Positions 28,616 to 38,072 of a DNA stretch of 64,000 nucleotides are shown here, in pieces. Numbering within the stretch: position 1 is the first letter of the stretch; each line of letters begins with the position of its first letter. Made by a program: the position numbers and the translations under genes. Location: contig CAVWFS010000011.1 in assembly GCA_963754315.1 (NCBI GenBank), positions 1-64,000 of the forward strand. Reading direction: 5' to 3'. Source of the DNA: an uncultured Candidatus Rokubacteria bacterium (GTDB lineage Bacteria > Methylomirabilota > Methylomirabilia > Rokubacteriales > CSP1-6). Below the pieces are notes generated by a model. That model had not been told where the DNA came from, did no database searches, and saw nothing but the letters and a program-made list of their open reading frames with translations.

Positions 28616-29630
28616 TGCCGACGCCCCAGCGCTGCCTCAGGACTGGCAGCACGTCGTTGCCGAGCAGACGAAGCCCCTCGGCCTCGTCCAGGCCGTGCGG
28701 CGTCCCGAACTCGACGCGATGGACGCCGGCCGCGTAGAGCGCGTCCGCCTGCGCCGCGACCTCTTCGGGCGTTCCCGCCAGGGCGACCTTGGCCAGCAGC
28801 GCGTCCGGAATTTCCCGAGCCGCCGCGTCGAAATCGTACGCCGCGGCCGCCGCGCGGATGCGCGCCAGGCGGTCGGGCTCGACCCCGAGCGTGGGATCGA
28901 GGTCGGCCATCACGCCGAGGTAGAGGGCGGCCTTGCGGCGCGCAAGGTCGCGGGCGGCGCGCCCGTCGCGGGCTACCACCGAGACGCAGCCGACGACCAA
29001 ACCAACGTCACCCGCCTTGCGCCCAGCCCGCCGCGTAGCGTCGTCGATCTCCGCGAGGTACCGGGGGACCAGCGCGGGGTTCGCGGTACCGCCGACCTTC
29101 ACCTCGGCGATCTCGCCGATGCAGGCGCGGATCGTGGCGGGGCCCCAGGTGCCGAGCAGGAACGGTAGCTCGGATCGCGCGATCGCCCAGCGAAACGAGT
29201 CGCCGCCAGCGAGCCGGAAGACTTCGCCCCGGTACGGCTCCCGGGAGCGACGGAGCAGGTGGCGGATGCATTCGAGCGCCTCGCGGAGCGTTGTGACCGG
29301 GCGCGTGGGCGCGAGGGCGAGGAAGTCGAGCCACGCACCGCGGGCGAGGCCGAGGTAGGCGCGGCCTCCCGACGCCTCGTCGATCAGCGCTGCGTGACCC
29401 GCGATGTTGACGGGGTGGCAGGTAAAGGGATTCACCGCGGCCGGGCCGAGCGCCACCCGGGATGTGGCCCGCGCGATCTCGAGCAGCGGCAGCCAGACCG
29501 GCTGATACAGCAGATCGTTATAGAGGGACACAACGTCGAAGCCGTGGCGCTCGGCGGCGGCCGCCAGCGGGCCGTACCCGCTGAGCGGCAGGTCCGTCTG
29601 GAATGCGATGCTGACGCGGCGACGGCTCAC
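28608..29630 (-). CDS. LLM-class flavin/F420-dependent oxidoreductase (Mer-like)
   Basis: AERHGFDVVSLYNDL, IDEASGGRAYLGLARG and VEFGTPHG motifs. Confidence 0.88.
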   Translation of the reverse strand: MSRRRVSIAFQTDLPLSGYGPLAAAAERHGFDVVSLYNDLLYQPVWLPLLEIARATSRVALGPAAVNPFTCHPVNIAGHAALIDEASGGRAYLGLARGAWLDFLALAPTRPVTTLREALECIRHLLRRSREPYRGEVFRLAGGDSFRWAIARSELPFLLGTWGPATIRACIGEIAEVKVGGTANPALVPRYLAEIDDATRRAGRKAGDVGLVVGCVSVVARDGRAARDLARRKAALYLGVMADLDPTLGVEPDRLARIRAAAAAYDFDAAAREIPDALLAKVALAGTPEEVAAQADALYAAGVHRVEFGTPHGLDEAEGLRLLGNDVLPVLRQRWGVGSG

Positions 29631-29774
29631 GGCTGAAGATTACACGCGACGATGGCCTGCGCCTAACCGCTTTCGGCATCGCTCGCGTACACTTGAACCA
29701 CGGCTCTCGGATCCGGAGGATGGCACGTGCACGTCGATCGGCCGGCGGGCAGGGTTCTGGCGAACGAACAGGCA

Positions 29775-30032
29775 GTGACGAAGATCGCCGTGGCCTTGGT
29801 TGGGCTGCTGGCCTTGATGCTGATCGGGTGGAGCGGAGGCGACGTGCATGGAGCGCCCACATCCCCGCGCAACATCGACTTCGTGGTCAACCAGAGGGAC
29901 CTCGACGACTGGCGCTTCTACAGCGAGTCATACGGCTTCTCCAGCGTCTACGATCCTCAACCTCGAGGGCTGACCACCACGAACCTGCCGTTCGAGGGCT
30001 ACCGCGTCGCGAAGATCAGGAAATACTGGTAG
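29775..30032 (+). CDS. possible small secreted protein
   Basis: Hydrophobic signal-like N-terminus; 3' end overlaps the convergent methyltransferase. Confidence 0.4.
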   Translation: MTKIAVALVGLLALMLIGWSGGDVHGAPTSPRNIDFVVNQRDLDDWRFYSESYGFSSVYDPQPRGLTTTNLPFEGYRVAKIRKYW

Positions 30033-30688
30033 GGCAAGAACGTCTGCTCGGTGACCAGGTCGTATCCCGCTCGCCCCATCTCTTCCTTCACGACTGCGGC
30101 AGCGATGCGGGACTGGCGGGGCGGTCCGGCAGGGGCATCCGGCAGGAAGTCAATGATGGCCACGCGCCCGCCGGGGCGCAAGGACGGGCGGAGCCGGCCG
30201 AAGTAGGCGGGACGCTCGGCGATGTGGTGGTACGTGTTCACGACCAGCACGAGGTCGACCGGCTGGGGCAACCGCGGGTCGCTGGGCGCCGCCTGGATAG
30301 ACGTGAGGTTAGTGAGCCCGTCGCGGCGGCCCCGCTCGGCCAGATACTTCACCATGTCCGGCTCGAGATCGGCCCCATAAACATGGCCCCGCGGCACCGC
30401 GCGCGCCAGGCGCACCGCGAAGTAGCCCGTGCCGGAGCCGATGTCCGCCACGAGCGCGTCGGGCGCCACGGCGAGCGCTCGGATCACGTCGTCGGGCTTC
30501 TGCCAGGCATCGCGCGCGGGGTCGTCGAAGACCCCTGCCCAGTGCTCAGCGCTCTGGAACCGATGCTGGTGGTGCCCGCTGTGGTCTGCCCCGGTGCAAG
30601 CCTGGCCGATGAGGACGATGAGGGCCAGTAGGGCCGCGGTCCAGCGGCCGCGAGCGCTCTCCTCGGCGGCTGCCGTGAACCTGGCCAT
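29999..30688 (-). CDS. class I SAM-dependent methyltransferase with a signal-like, His-rich N-terminus
   Basis: RDAWQKPD, VADIGSGTGYF, VNTYHHI and LRPGGRVAIIDF motifs. Confidence 0.88.
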   Translation of the reverse strand: MARFTAAAEESARGRWTAALLALIVLIGQACTGADHSGHHQHRFQSAEHWAGVFDDPARDAWQKPDDVIRALAVAPDALVADIGSGTGYFAVRLARAVPRGHVYGADLEPDMVKYLAERGRRDGLTNLTSIQAAPSDPRLPQPVDLVLVVNTYHHIAERPAYFGRLRPSLRPGGRVAIIDFLPDAPAGPPRQSRIAAAVVKEEMGRAGYDLVTEQTFLPYQYFLIFATR

Positions 30689-30787
30689 CACCCCTCGTGA
30701 CCAGCGGTGCATGACTAGAGAATATACCGCCGCCCGGCGAGCGTGACCTGCCAGGCTTGCACCGTTCCGGAGATTTCTGCGTTCCTC

Positions 30788-32095
30788 TCAGGCTACGCTT
30801 CGAGATGTCCCTTCGCTGGCACGAAGTCGGGCGCCGCCGGCGAGGGCAGCGCCGAGCCCGATCACCGTCAGGGGCACACCGAGGACGAAGCGCTGGCGCT
30901 CGCGCGCGCGCTCGGTGAGGGCCCGGAGCACCAGGCGGTCTCCCGTGATCAGCTCGGTCCGGCCTGCGATGTACTGACGCACGCGCTCGTGCATCTCATC
31001 CGAGATCGTTCGTGTCCCCCATTGGGCGTCTTGCTGGATCTGGCGCGTGCGACTCAGCTCCGCCAGCCCCTCCTCGATGGCCTGGAGACTTCCCGTGTAA
31101 GCCTCACGCTCGTCGGCGTCGAGGAAAGCCGATCGCAGAGCCGGCACCGCCGCCTCCAGTCCATCGAGCCAGAGATGATCCATCCCGGGCACGGCCACAA
31201 GGAGCAAACCGGCCAGCCCCACCAAGCCGGCGATCGCAATGCCGAGGCCGGCCAGCGCTCGAACACCGGTGGCCCTGACCCGCCGCAGCGCGGCCTGGCC
31301 GGTAAGGAGGAGCGCGACGACGCCGAGCAGAGCACCAAAGGTGCAGACAATGGCCGCGCCTGTGGGCAGATCCCAGGTCCAGGAGCCAAGCAGCCCAAGG
31401 ACGCTGGCGACGAGGCCGAAACCCCAGCCGATGAGCAGGCGGCTGGTCACACCGCGAGCCAGCAGGACGCCCACCACGGCGGGGACGATCAGGTACGAAA
31501 AAACGAGCAGGACCCCCGCCAGACGCACCGAACTGGTGACGACGAGGCCGAAGGACAGATAGAAAACGAAATCCCAGGCGCGAAACGCTCGGTTACGCTG
31601 CCGCGCCCCATCGGGATCGAGCGAGATGTCTAGCAGGGGGCGGCGGATCAGCCAGTGCAGAGCACCGACGCCGGCATAAAGGGCGGCCGAGGTGGCCACC
31701 TCGCCGGCCGTCACCGTGAGGATGCTGCCGACGAGAAGCTGCTTGATGTGCTCGGTCCCCTGGGGGGCCTGGTCGACGACGAGCACCGCGACCGCAGCCG
31801 ACACGGCGTACACGATCCCGATGATTGCCTCCTGGGGGATCGGGCCGCGATGAACACGGCTCACCGCGAAGAGAGCAGCCCCTCCCCCCGTGAAGGCTAG
31901 GGCGTACCAGTACGCTGCCTCGCCCTGAAGGGAATGACCGGCCAGCACCGCCACGGAGAGGCCCAGGGCGGCGACCTGGGCCAGCGCGAGGTCCACGAAG
32001 ATGACACCCCGGGCCAGGACGTGCAGGCCCAGGTAGGCATGAATGCCCGTGAGGACCAGACACGCCAGCAAGGGGACGGCGAGCAGCTCGACCAC
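30788..32095 (-). CDS. Mn/Zn ABC-3 permease with a C-terminal extension
   Basis: HAYLGLHVLARGVIFVDLALAQVAALG, EAIIGIVY and AGVLLVFSYLIVPA motifs. Confidence 0.88.
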   Translation of the reverse strand: MVELLAVPLLACLVLTGIHAYLGLHVLARGVIFVDLALAQVAALGLSVAVLAGHSLQGEAAYWYALAFTGGGAALFAVSRVHRGPIPQEAIIGIVYAVSAAVAVLVVDQAPQGTEHIKQLLVGSILTVTAGEVATSAALYAGVGALHWLIRRPLLDISLDPDGARQRNRAFRAWDFVFYLSFGLVVTSSVRLAGVLLVFSYLIVPAVVGVLLARGVTSRLLIGWGFGLVASVLGLLGSWTWDLPTGAAIVCTFGALLGVVALLLTGQAALRRVRATGVRALAGLGIAIAGLVGLAGLLLVAVPGMDHLWLDGLEAAVPALRSAFLDADEREAYTGSLQAIEEGLAELSRTRQIQQDAQWGTRTISDEMHERVRQYIAGRTELITGDRLVLRALTERARERQRFVLGVPLTVIGLGAALAGGARLRASEGTSRSVA

Positions 32096-32105
32096 TCGCC
32101 TGCGC

Positions 32106-33026
32106 TCACCCCGACCCGCCGAGCGCGGTCGTGAGCCGCCGGATGTTAACCGCGAAGAGCGTGAGGTAGTCGGTCGCCTCGGGATCGGCGCCCACCGACG
32201 GCACGAGCGTGACCACCCGTGCCCCGCTCCGCGCCGCCACCTGGCGCACGACCGCATCGTTGGAGTACGGCTCGGCGATGAGAAGGGCGACGCCGGTCTC
32301 GCGCATCCGTTGCGGGAGAGCGGCCAACGTGGAGGGCGACGGCGCCACCCCGGGCGTTGTCTCCACCACGGCCACGATGGTCAGGCCGAAGCGGCGGGCG
32401 AAATAGAGCCAGCTGTCGTGAACGACCACGACTCGCGTGCCCCGGTGAAGCGCCATGGCGCGCACCCACCCGGCCAGGCCGGCGTCAAGACGCTCCAAAA
32501 ATCGCCGCCGATTCGCCTCGAGTTGCAGGCGATCGCTCGGAGCCAGACCGCTCAGGGCTTCGAGGATCGCGCCGGTCATCGGGCGAGCGTTCTCCGGATC
32601 GAGCCAGTAGTGCGTGTTGCCGTAAGCGTGAACGTGGGCGGCCCCCTTCTCCCGCAGGCGGGGCGTCTCTGTCTGGAGTAACTCGATGGTCCGGGAGACA
32701 TCGAGGTAGTGGGGACTACCGGGCGCGAGACGCCGGTCACCGGCAGTGCGGAGGGCGCGGGTGAGCCAGGGCTCGTGATCGAGCCCGATCCGGATGAGCA
32801 GATTGGCGGTCTTCAGGCGAGCGATCTGGCTCGGCTTGAGATCGATCGCGTGCGGGTCTTGCACCGGAGAGGCCAGGCTCTCGACCTGGATGCGGTCGCC
32901 CCCGACGGCTTGCACCAGAGCCTTGAGATCGGTGGACGTCGTCACCACGGACAGGGGGCCGCCGCCTCCAGCGGGAGCGACGGCCGCCAAGGTGGCGACC
33001 GAGGCGGCGGCGAGCGCCCGCAGCAC
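32106..33026 (-). CDS. Mn/Zn ABC substrate-binding protein (ZnuA/TroA family)
   Basis: QDPHAIDLKPS, HVHAYGNTHYWLDP and VHDSWLYF motifs. Confidence 0.92.
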   Translation of the reverse strand: MLRALAAASVATLAAVAPAGGGGPLSVVTTSTDLKALVQAVGGDRIQVESLASPVQDPHAIDLKPSQIARLKTANLLIRIGLDHEPWLTRALRTAGDRRLAPGSPHYLDVSRTIELLQTETPRLREKGAAHVHAYGNTHYWLDPENARPMTGAILEALSGLAPSDRLQLEANRRRFLERLDAGLAGWVRAMALHRGTRVVVVHDSWLYFARRFGLTIVAVVETTPGVAPSPSTLAALPQRMRETGVALLIAEPYSNDAVVRQVAARSGARVVTLVPSVGADPEATDYLTLFAVNIRRLTTALGGSG

Positions 33027-33029
33027 CTG

Positions 33030-34145
33030 CTACTTCGTGAACATGGACTTGGCGATCATGCAGTGCACGCCCTTGCGGATATCCACCACCTGGGTCACGC
33101 GGCAGTCGGCGGTCATGGAGGCGAGCGAGTACGCTTCGTAGCGGTCTATGGGGACCATCTTCTGGCTGCTGAGAAAGTCGACCGTCTCCCGCACCGCGTT
33201 CACCATCGCCTTGTTGAGATCCTCGTCGAAGCCCATCAGGATCCAATGGGTCTTGGTCTCGGCGCGCGGCCACTCGTACTTGAGGTCCTTGCGCACCACC
33301 GGCTGCAGGACGATCTCGCGGAAGGAGCACTCCAGGCCCGTGAGGTTGACCTCGCCGTTGCCCTGGCGGCAGTGTGAGTCGCCCGTCCAGATCAGGCCGC
33401 CCTTGATGAACACGGGAACGTAGATCGTGCTGCCGGCCTGGAGCTCGTTGAGGTCCATATTTGAGCCGTTCTTCCAGGGCCGCAGGGTGGACACCGGCGC
33501 CATCGGATCGTCCTTGACCCCGCCTTTGCGGGGCGAGGGGTCGTTGGGGTCAATGCCGACGGCCAGGGTCCCGGGAAAGGGCGCCAGGTCGATGGTGACC
33601 CCGGGCTTGAAATCCACCGTCCGCTTGCCCGGGGTGAGCGCGAAGAACTTGATGAATCCATCGGGCATCTCGGCGGCCAGCGCGCCGATGGTGGGGAACT
33701 CCTTACCGGGCAAGTTGAAGTTGATGCCAAAGTTCTTGGGAACGATCTTGAGGATCCGGATCTCCATGACATCGCCCGGCTCGGCGCCGTTGACGTAGAT
33801 GGGGCCGGTCACCGAGTGAGGGCCCCCGCCCGGGTTGGCCTTGCGGAGCGCGGTGATCTCGTCCATGGTCATGCCGGCCTTGACCTTGTCGTGGGCATGC
33901 ATCATGGTCTCGATCGACACGACGTCGCCCGAATCGATCGTCAGTTTGGGTGGCTCCTTGGGATCGAGCCAGCCCCACTGTACGGTGTCCAGGGTGGCCA
34001 CCAGCCGATGACGCTTGCCCTCGGCCTTCGCCGCGGGCCCCTTGGCATCGCTCTTCTGCTGGGCCAAGGCGTAGAGGGCAGCCGAGAAGAGAACGACCAG
34101 CACGGTAAGAACGGTCGCGACGCGCTTGATGCCGAGAGGGTGCAT
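33030..34145 (-). CDS. exported acetamidase/formamidase family protein
   Basis: Signal peptide; GPHSVTGPIYVNGAEPGD, NGSNMD and GDSHCRQGNGEV motifs; AAGGAGG SD. Confidence 0.9.
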   Translation of the reverse strand: MHPLGIKRVATVLTVLVVLFSAALYALAQQKSDAKGPAAKAEGKRHRLVATLDTVQWGWLDPKEPPKLTIDSGDVVSIETMMHAHDKVKAGMTMDEITALRKANPGGGPHSVTGPIYVNGAEPGDVMEIRILKIVPKNFGINFNLPGKEFPTIGALAAEMPDGFIKFFALTPGKRTVDFKPGVTIDLAPFPGTLAVGIDPNDPSPRKGGVKDDPMAPVSTLRPWKNGSNMDLNELQAGSTIYVPVFIKGGLIWTGDSHCRQGNGEVNLTGLECSFREIVLQPVVRKDLKYEWPRAETKTHWILMGFDEDLNKAMVNAVRETVDFLSSQKMVPIDRYEAYSLASMTADCRVTQVVDIRKGVHCMIAKSMFTK

Positions 34146-34308
34146 AGCGCCTCCTTTTGCGGGGAAGTGAAACGTGGCACGACGACGCGTCGTATCATCG
34201 ACGAGCCGCCCCATAGCGTCAAGCCGCCGCGCTTCTTGGACGCCATGACCTGCTCGTTGGCGTTAGTGTAAGCGGGGCAGGGAGTCGTCGGGCACGGGAG
34301 GACACGCG

Positions 34309-35190
34309 ATGTTCGAGGGATTCAAGCGCCTGCGAATCAAGACCAGCGAGGCCGAGATCGACACGGTCACGAAAGGGACTGGCCCGCCCTTGCTCCTCAT
34401 TCACGGATATCCGCAGACGAAGGCCATGTGGCACAAGATCGCGCCCGGTCTAGCCGAGCGCTTCACGGTCGTGGCTACCGACACGCGCGGCTACGGTGCG
34501 AGTAGCCGGCCGCCGAGTGACGACGGTCACCACGTGTATTCCAAGCGACGGATGGCAGTCGACATGATCGAGGTGATGGCGGCGCTCGGCTTTGAGCGCT
34601 TCTCCGTCGCCGGCCACGATCGGGGCGGACGCGTGGCCTACCGGCTGGCGCTCGACCATCCTGAGCGCGTGGTCCGCCTCGCTGTCCTCGACATCGTGCC
34701 GACCTACGAGCAGTTCGCCGCGGTCGATCGCGCCGCCGCTCTCGGCAGCTACCACTGGTACTTCCTGGCCCAACCGTCGCCTTTTCCCGAGCGACTCATC
34801 GGCAACGACGCCGAGTACTTCATCCGTCACATGATGTCGAGCTGGGCGGGAACGCCGGGTTACTTCAGCGACGAGGCGATGGCCGAGTACATTCGCTGCT
34901 TCAGCGACCCCGCGGTCATCCACGCGACGTGCGAGGATTACCGCGCGGGCGCCTTCGTTGACTGTCAGCTCGACGAGGCCGACCTCACGAACGGCAAGAA
35001 GATCACGTGTCCGGTCCTGGCGATCTGGGGCGACAAGGGCCGCGCCCACAAGCGTCGGCAGGTCCTGGACACGTGGCGGCGCTGGGCCCACGACGTCCGC
35101 GGGGAGGGTCTGCCGTGCGGGCACTTCCTCGCCGAGGAGGCGCCCACCGAAACGCGCGCGGCATTGGAGCAATTTTTTCTGGAGACGTGA
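34309..35190 (+). CDS. alpha/beta hydrolase, fluoroacetate/haloacetate dehalogenase-like
   Basis: HGYPQ, YSKR, GHDRGGRV (Asp nucleophile), LDIVPT, YHWYF, EDYRA and GHFLAEE motifs. Confidence 0.88.
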   Translation: MFEGFKRLRIKTSEAEIDTVTKGTGPPLLLIHGYPQTKAMWHKIAPGLAERFTVVATDTRGYGASSRPPSDDGHHVYSKRRMAVDMIEVMAALGFERFSVAGHDRGGRVAYRLALDHPERVVRLAVLDIVPTYEQFAAVDRAAALGSYHWYFLAQPSPFPERLIGNDAEYFIRHMMSSWAGTPGYFSDEAMAEYIRCFSDPAVIHATCEDYRAGAFVDCQLDEADLTNGKKITCPVLAIWGDKGRAHKRRQVLDTWRRWAHDVRGEGLPCGHFLAEEAPTETRAALEQFFLET

Positions 35191-35313
35191 TCCTGGCCTT
35201 CGGCGGAGGTCGTCAGAAAAACGTCATGGACCCGACATCGCCTTGCCACGGCCCGATGGGAAAAGAGTCACTAGGCTGCCGCTGAAGACTCGTGCCCCTT
35301 CAGGAGATGCGTC

Positions 35314-36900
35314 ATGACGCAGCAGACTGGGACCGTTCCTCCGCCGCGCAACGGCCTGTCGCGTCGCGCCTTCCTCACCGGTGTCGCCGCGGCTGGTGCG
35401 ATCGCATCGTTCGGGCCACGCCGCCGCGCCGTCGCCCAGCCTCGCTTCTCTTCTAACCCCTTCACGCTCGGCGTGGCGTCCGGGTACCCACTGCCCGGCG
35501 GCGTTGTCCTCTGGACCCGCCTCGCGCCCGATCCGCTCCACGGCGGCGGGATGTCCGCCGAGCCCGTCATGGTCGACTGGGATGTCGCCAGCGACGAGCG
35601 CTTCGAGCGCACCGTCCAGAGCGGCCGGGCGCGGGCGCTCGCGCCGTACGCTCACGCGCTCCACGTCGAGGTCCAGGGGCTCGAGCCCGACCGCTGGTAC
35701 TGGTACCGCTTCCGCGTCGGCAACGAGGTGAGCCCGCTGGGGCGCACGAAGACCGCGCCCGCCCCCGAAGCGACACTGAATCGTCTGCGCTTCGCCTTCG
35801 CCTCGTGCCAGCAGTACGAGCAGGGCTTCTTCACCGCCTACCGGCACATGGTGGCCGACGACCTCGACCTTGTCGTGCATCTTGGCGACTATATTTACGA
35901 GTCGTCCTGGGGGCGCAATCACGTCCGCAAGCACAATGGGCCCGAGCCGATGACGCTCGACGATTATCGAGCGCGGTTCGCGCTCTACAGGAGCGATCCC
36001 GATCTTCAGGCCGCCCACGCCGCCTACCCGTGGCTCGTGACGTGGGACGACCACGAAGTCGACAACGACTACGCCGACGACCGGTCCGAGGAGCTCGACG
36101 CGCGCGAGTGGTTCCTCGCCCGCAGGGCCGCCGCCTATCAGGCCTACTACGAGCACATGCCGTTGCGTCGAGGCGCGGTGCCGTTCGGCCCTCACATGCG
36201 GATCTTCACCCGGGTGGGCTACGGCGCACTCGCCGAGTTTTACGTGCTCGACGACCGCCAGTACCGCTCGCACCAGGTGTGCCCGCGACCGGGCCGCGGC
36301 GGGTCGGCCGTCGTCGAGGACTGCGCGGCGCGGCTCGACCCCGGGCTGACCCTGCTCGGCGACGTCCAGGAGCGATGGCTCATGGGCAGCCTCGAGCGCT
36401 CGCGCGCCCGCTGGAACGTGCTGGCGCAGCAAACCTTGATGGCCCAGCTCGACCGTAAGGTCGGACAGGGCCAGAGCTTCTGGACGGACGGCTGGGACGG
36501 CTACCCGGCGGCCCGGCGTCGCCTCCTCCAGTTTTTCGAGCAGAAGAAGCCCGCCAACCCGCTCGTGATCGGCGGCGACGTCCACTGCTTCTGGGTCGCC
36601 GACCTCAAGCCGGACTTCGACGATCCGCGGTCGCCGACGGTGGCGACGGAGTTCGTGGGGACGTCGATCACATCCCAGCTCGGACGCACGCAGGCCGAGC
36701 AAGATGCGATCAAGCAGGAGAACCCCCACATCACGTACGCGGACGTGACCAGGCGCGGCTATGTTCGCATGGAGCTGACACCCGCCCGCGCGCGCGCGGA
36801 TCTTCGAGGTCTGGAGAACGTGATTCGTCCAGACGCGCGGATCGAGACGATGGCCACCTTCGTGGTGGAGGACGGCCGGCCGGGCGCCCAGCGCGCCTGA
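35314..36900 (+). CDS. phoD: alkaline phosphatase D, Tat-exported
   Basis: SRRAFL Tat motif; FTLGVASG, FASCQ, HLGDYIYE, WDDHEVDND, DGWDGY and GDVH motifs. Confidence 0.95.
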   Translation: MTQQTGTVPPPRNGLSRRAFLTGVAAAGAIASFGPRRRAVAQPRFSSNPFTLGVASGYPLPGGVVLWTRLAPDPLHGGGMSAEPVMVDWDVASDERFERTVQSGRARALAPYAHALHVEVQGLEPDRWYWYRFRVGNEVSPLGRTKTAPAPEATLNRLRFAFASCQQYEQGFFTAYRHMVADDLDLVVHLGDYIYESSWGRNHVRKHNGPEPMTLDDYRARFALYRSDPDLQAAHAAYPWLVTWDDHEVDNDYADDRSEELDAREWFLARRAAAYQAYYEHMPLRRGAVPFGPHMRIFTRVGYGALAEFYVLDDRQYRSHQVCPRPGRGGSAVVEDCAARLDPGLTLLGDVQERWLMGSLERSRARWNVLAQQTLMAQLDRKVGQGQSFWTDGWDGYPAARRRLLQFFEQKKPANPLVIGGDVHCFWVADLKPDFDDPRSPTVATEFVGTSITSQLGRTQAEQDAIKQENPHITYADVTRRGYVRMELTPARARADLRGLENVIRPDARIETMATFVVEDGRPGAQRA

Positions 36901-36948
36901 GGGTTCACCCCGCGCTCTCGTCCGGCCGCCTGAGGGTGTTTCTCCGGT

Positions 36949-38001
36949 TCACGTGTTGAACCGGATGTAGCGATCTTCCCGTGCCGCGTCATCCCTGGAA
37001 TAACTGACGGCGTGAACCTGGACACCGGTGCGGTCCTTCAGGGTGATGGTCCCCCCCTTGTTGCCGAGCTGGGCGCCGCGCCCGGACAGCACGAAGCTGT
37101 GCGATGCGCCAGGCGCGAGCACGCCGTGAAGCGCGTCGACCTTGTTGCTCTTGTCCACGAGGGTCCATCCCGTCAGGTCGACCGAGGCCGTGGTCACGTT
37201 CGCGATCACCACCACCTCCCGCCCCGGATCATCGCCGACGGGATTGACGAGGGCGCGCTCGATGTACACGGGGGGATCGCCGACATCCGGCCCACCTTCC
37301 GGAACTCCCCCGCCGGCCGGGATAGGCTGGGCGTTCGGGAGCCGATGTCCGGTGGCGTTGTCGGTCGGCAGCCACTGGGTCTGAAACCGGAGGAAGAGGC
37401 CGACCAGGCGGGACGGGAACGCGATGATGAGGCCGCCGTCCTGAAACACTCCGTTGTCCTTCGCGAAGGGCCCCGGATTCGGATTCCCCTGATTCATGTG
37501 AATGTCATGAATGCCCTGAAGGGTGTTGAACTCGAGATCGATCGGCCTTGGGTTCGGGGACTGACCTGGTTCCGGAAACTTGGCGCCGAAGGCGAACAGC
37601 TCGCCGTTCTGGTCACGGAGCTGGCGGAGATACGTCGTGAGGACGTCCTGCAGATCGTCGTCCGCGCCTGGCCCCGTGGACGGGACGGCCACTCCAGTGG
37701 GCCAGTCGAACAGGGGGGCCCGGAAGTAGTCCAAAGCCGTCGACGCGGATCGGGCGAGCGGAGGGAGAAGGGTGAAGCCGGGGGCGATGTCGGTGAGGGC
37801 AGCGCCAATGGGATGACTCTGAAGCGGATCGACGCGGTGAAAGACTACCCGCGACTGATCGCCGGACAGGACATTGGTGGCCACCCGCCACGCCTGCTGG
37901 TGGTCATCGACGACCCGGATCTGCAGGTGCGGTGTGCTGAGGTCGTCTTCACGCTTGAAGACGTCCACCCGTCCGCGCAAGACTCCGTATTGCAATGCCA
38001 T
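36949..38001 (-). CDS. YukJ/DUF2278 family protein with a C-terminal lamin-tail domain
   Basis: YGVLRG, ALDYFR and GIHDIHMNQGN...NGVFQDGG motifs; C-terminal ALVNPVGDD...DLTGWTL...LGNKGGTITL. Confidence 0.85.
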   Translation of the reverse strand: MALQYGVLRGRVDVFKREDDLSTPHLQIRVVDDHQQAWRVATNVLSGDQSRVVFHRVDPLQSHPIGAALTDIAPGFTLLPPLARSASTALDYFRAPLFDWPTGVAVPSTGPGADDDLQDVLTTYLRQLRDQNGELFAFGAKFPEPGQSPNPRPIDLEFNTLQGIHDIHMNQGNPNPGPFAKDNGVFQDGGLIIAFPSRLVGLFLRFQTQWLPTDNATGHRLPNAQPIPAGGGVPEGGPDVGDPPVYIERALVNPVGDDPGREVVVIANVTTASVDLTGWTLVDKSNKVDALHGVLAPGASHSFVLSGRGAQLGNKGGTITLKDRTGVQVHAVSYSRDDAAREDRYIRFNT

Positions 38002-38072
38002 GGTGCCGTCCCCCTCGTGAGCCGACCGTCGGTTGCGGTGGCGACGATCGTGCCCTCGACGGAAGCGATTCG

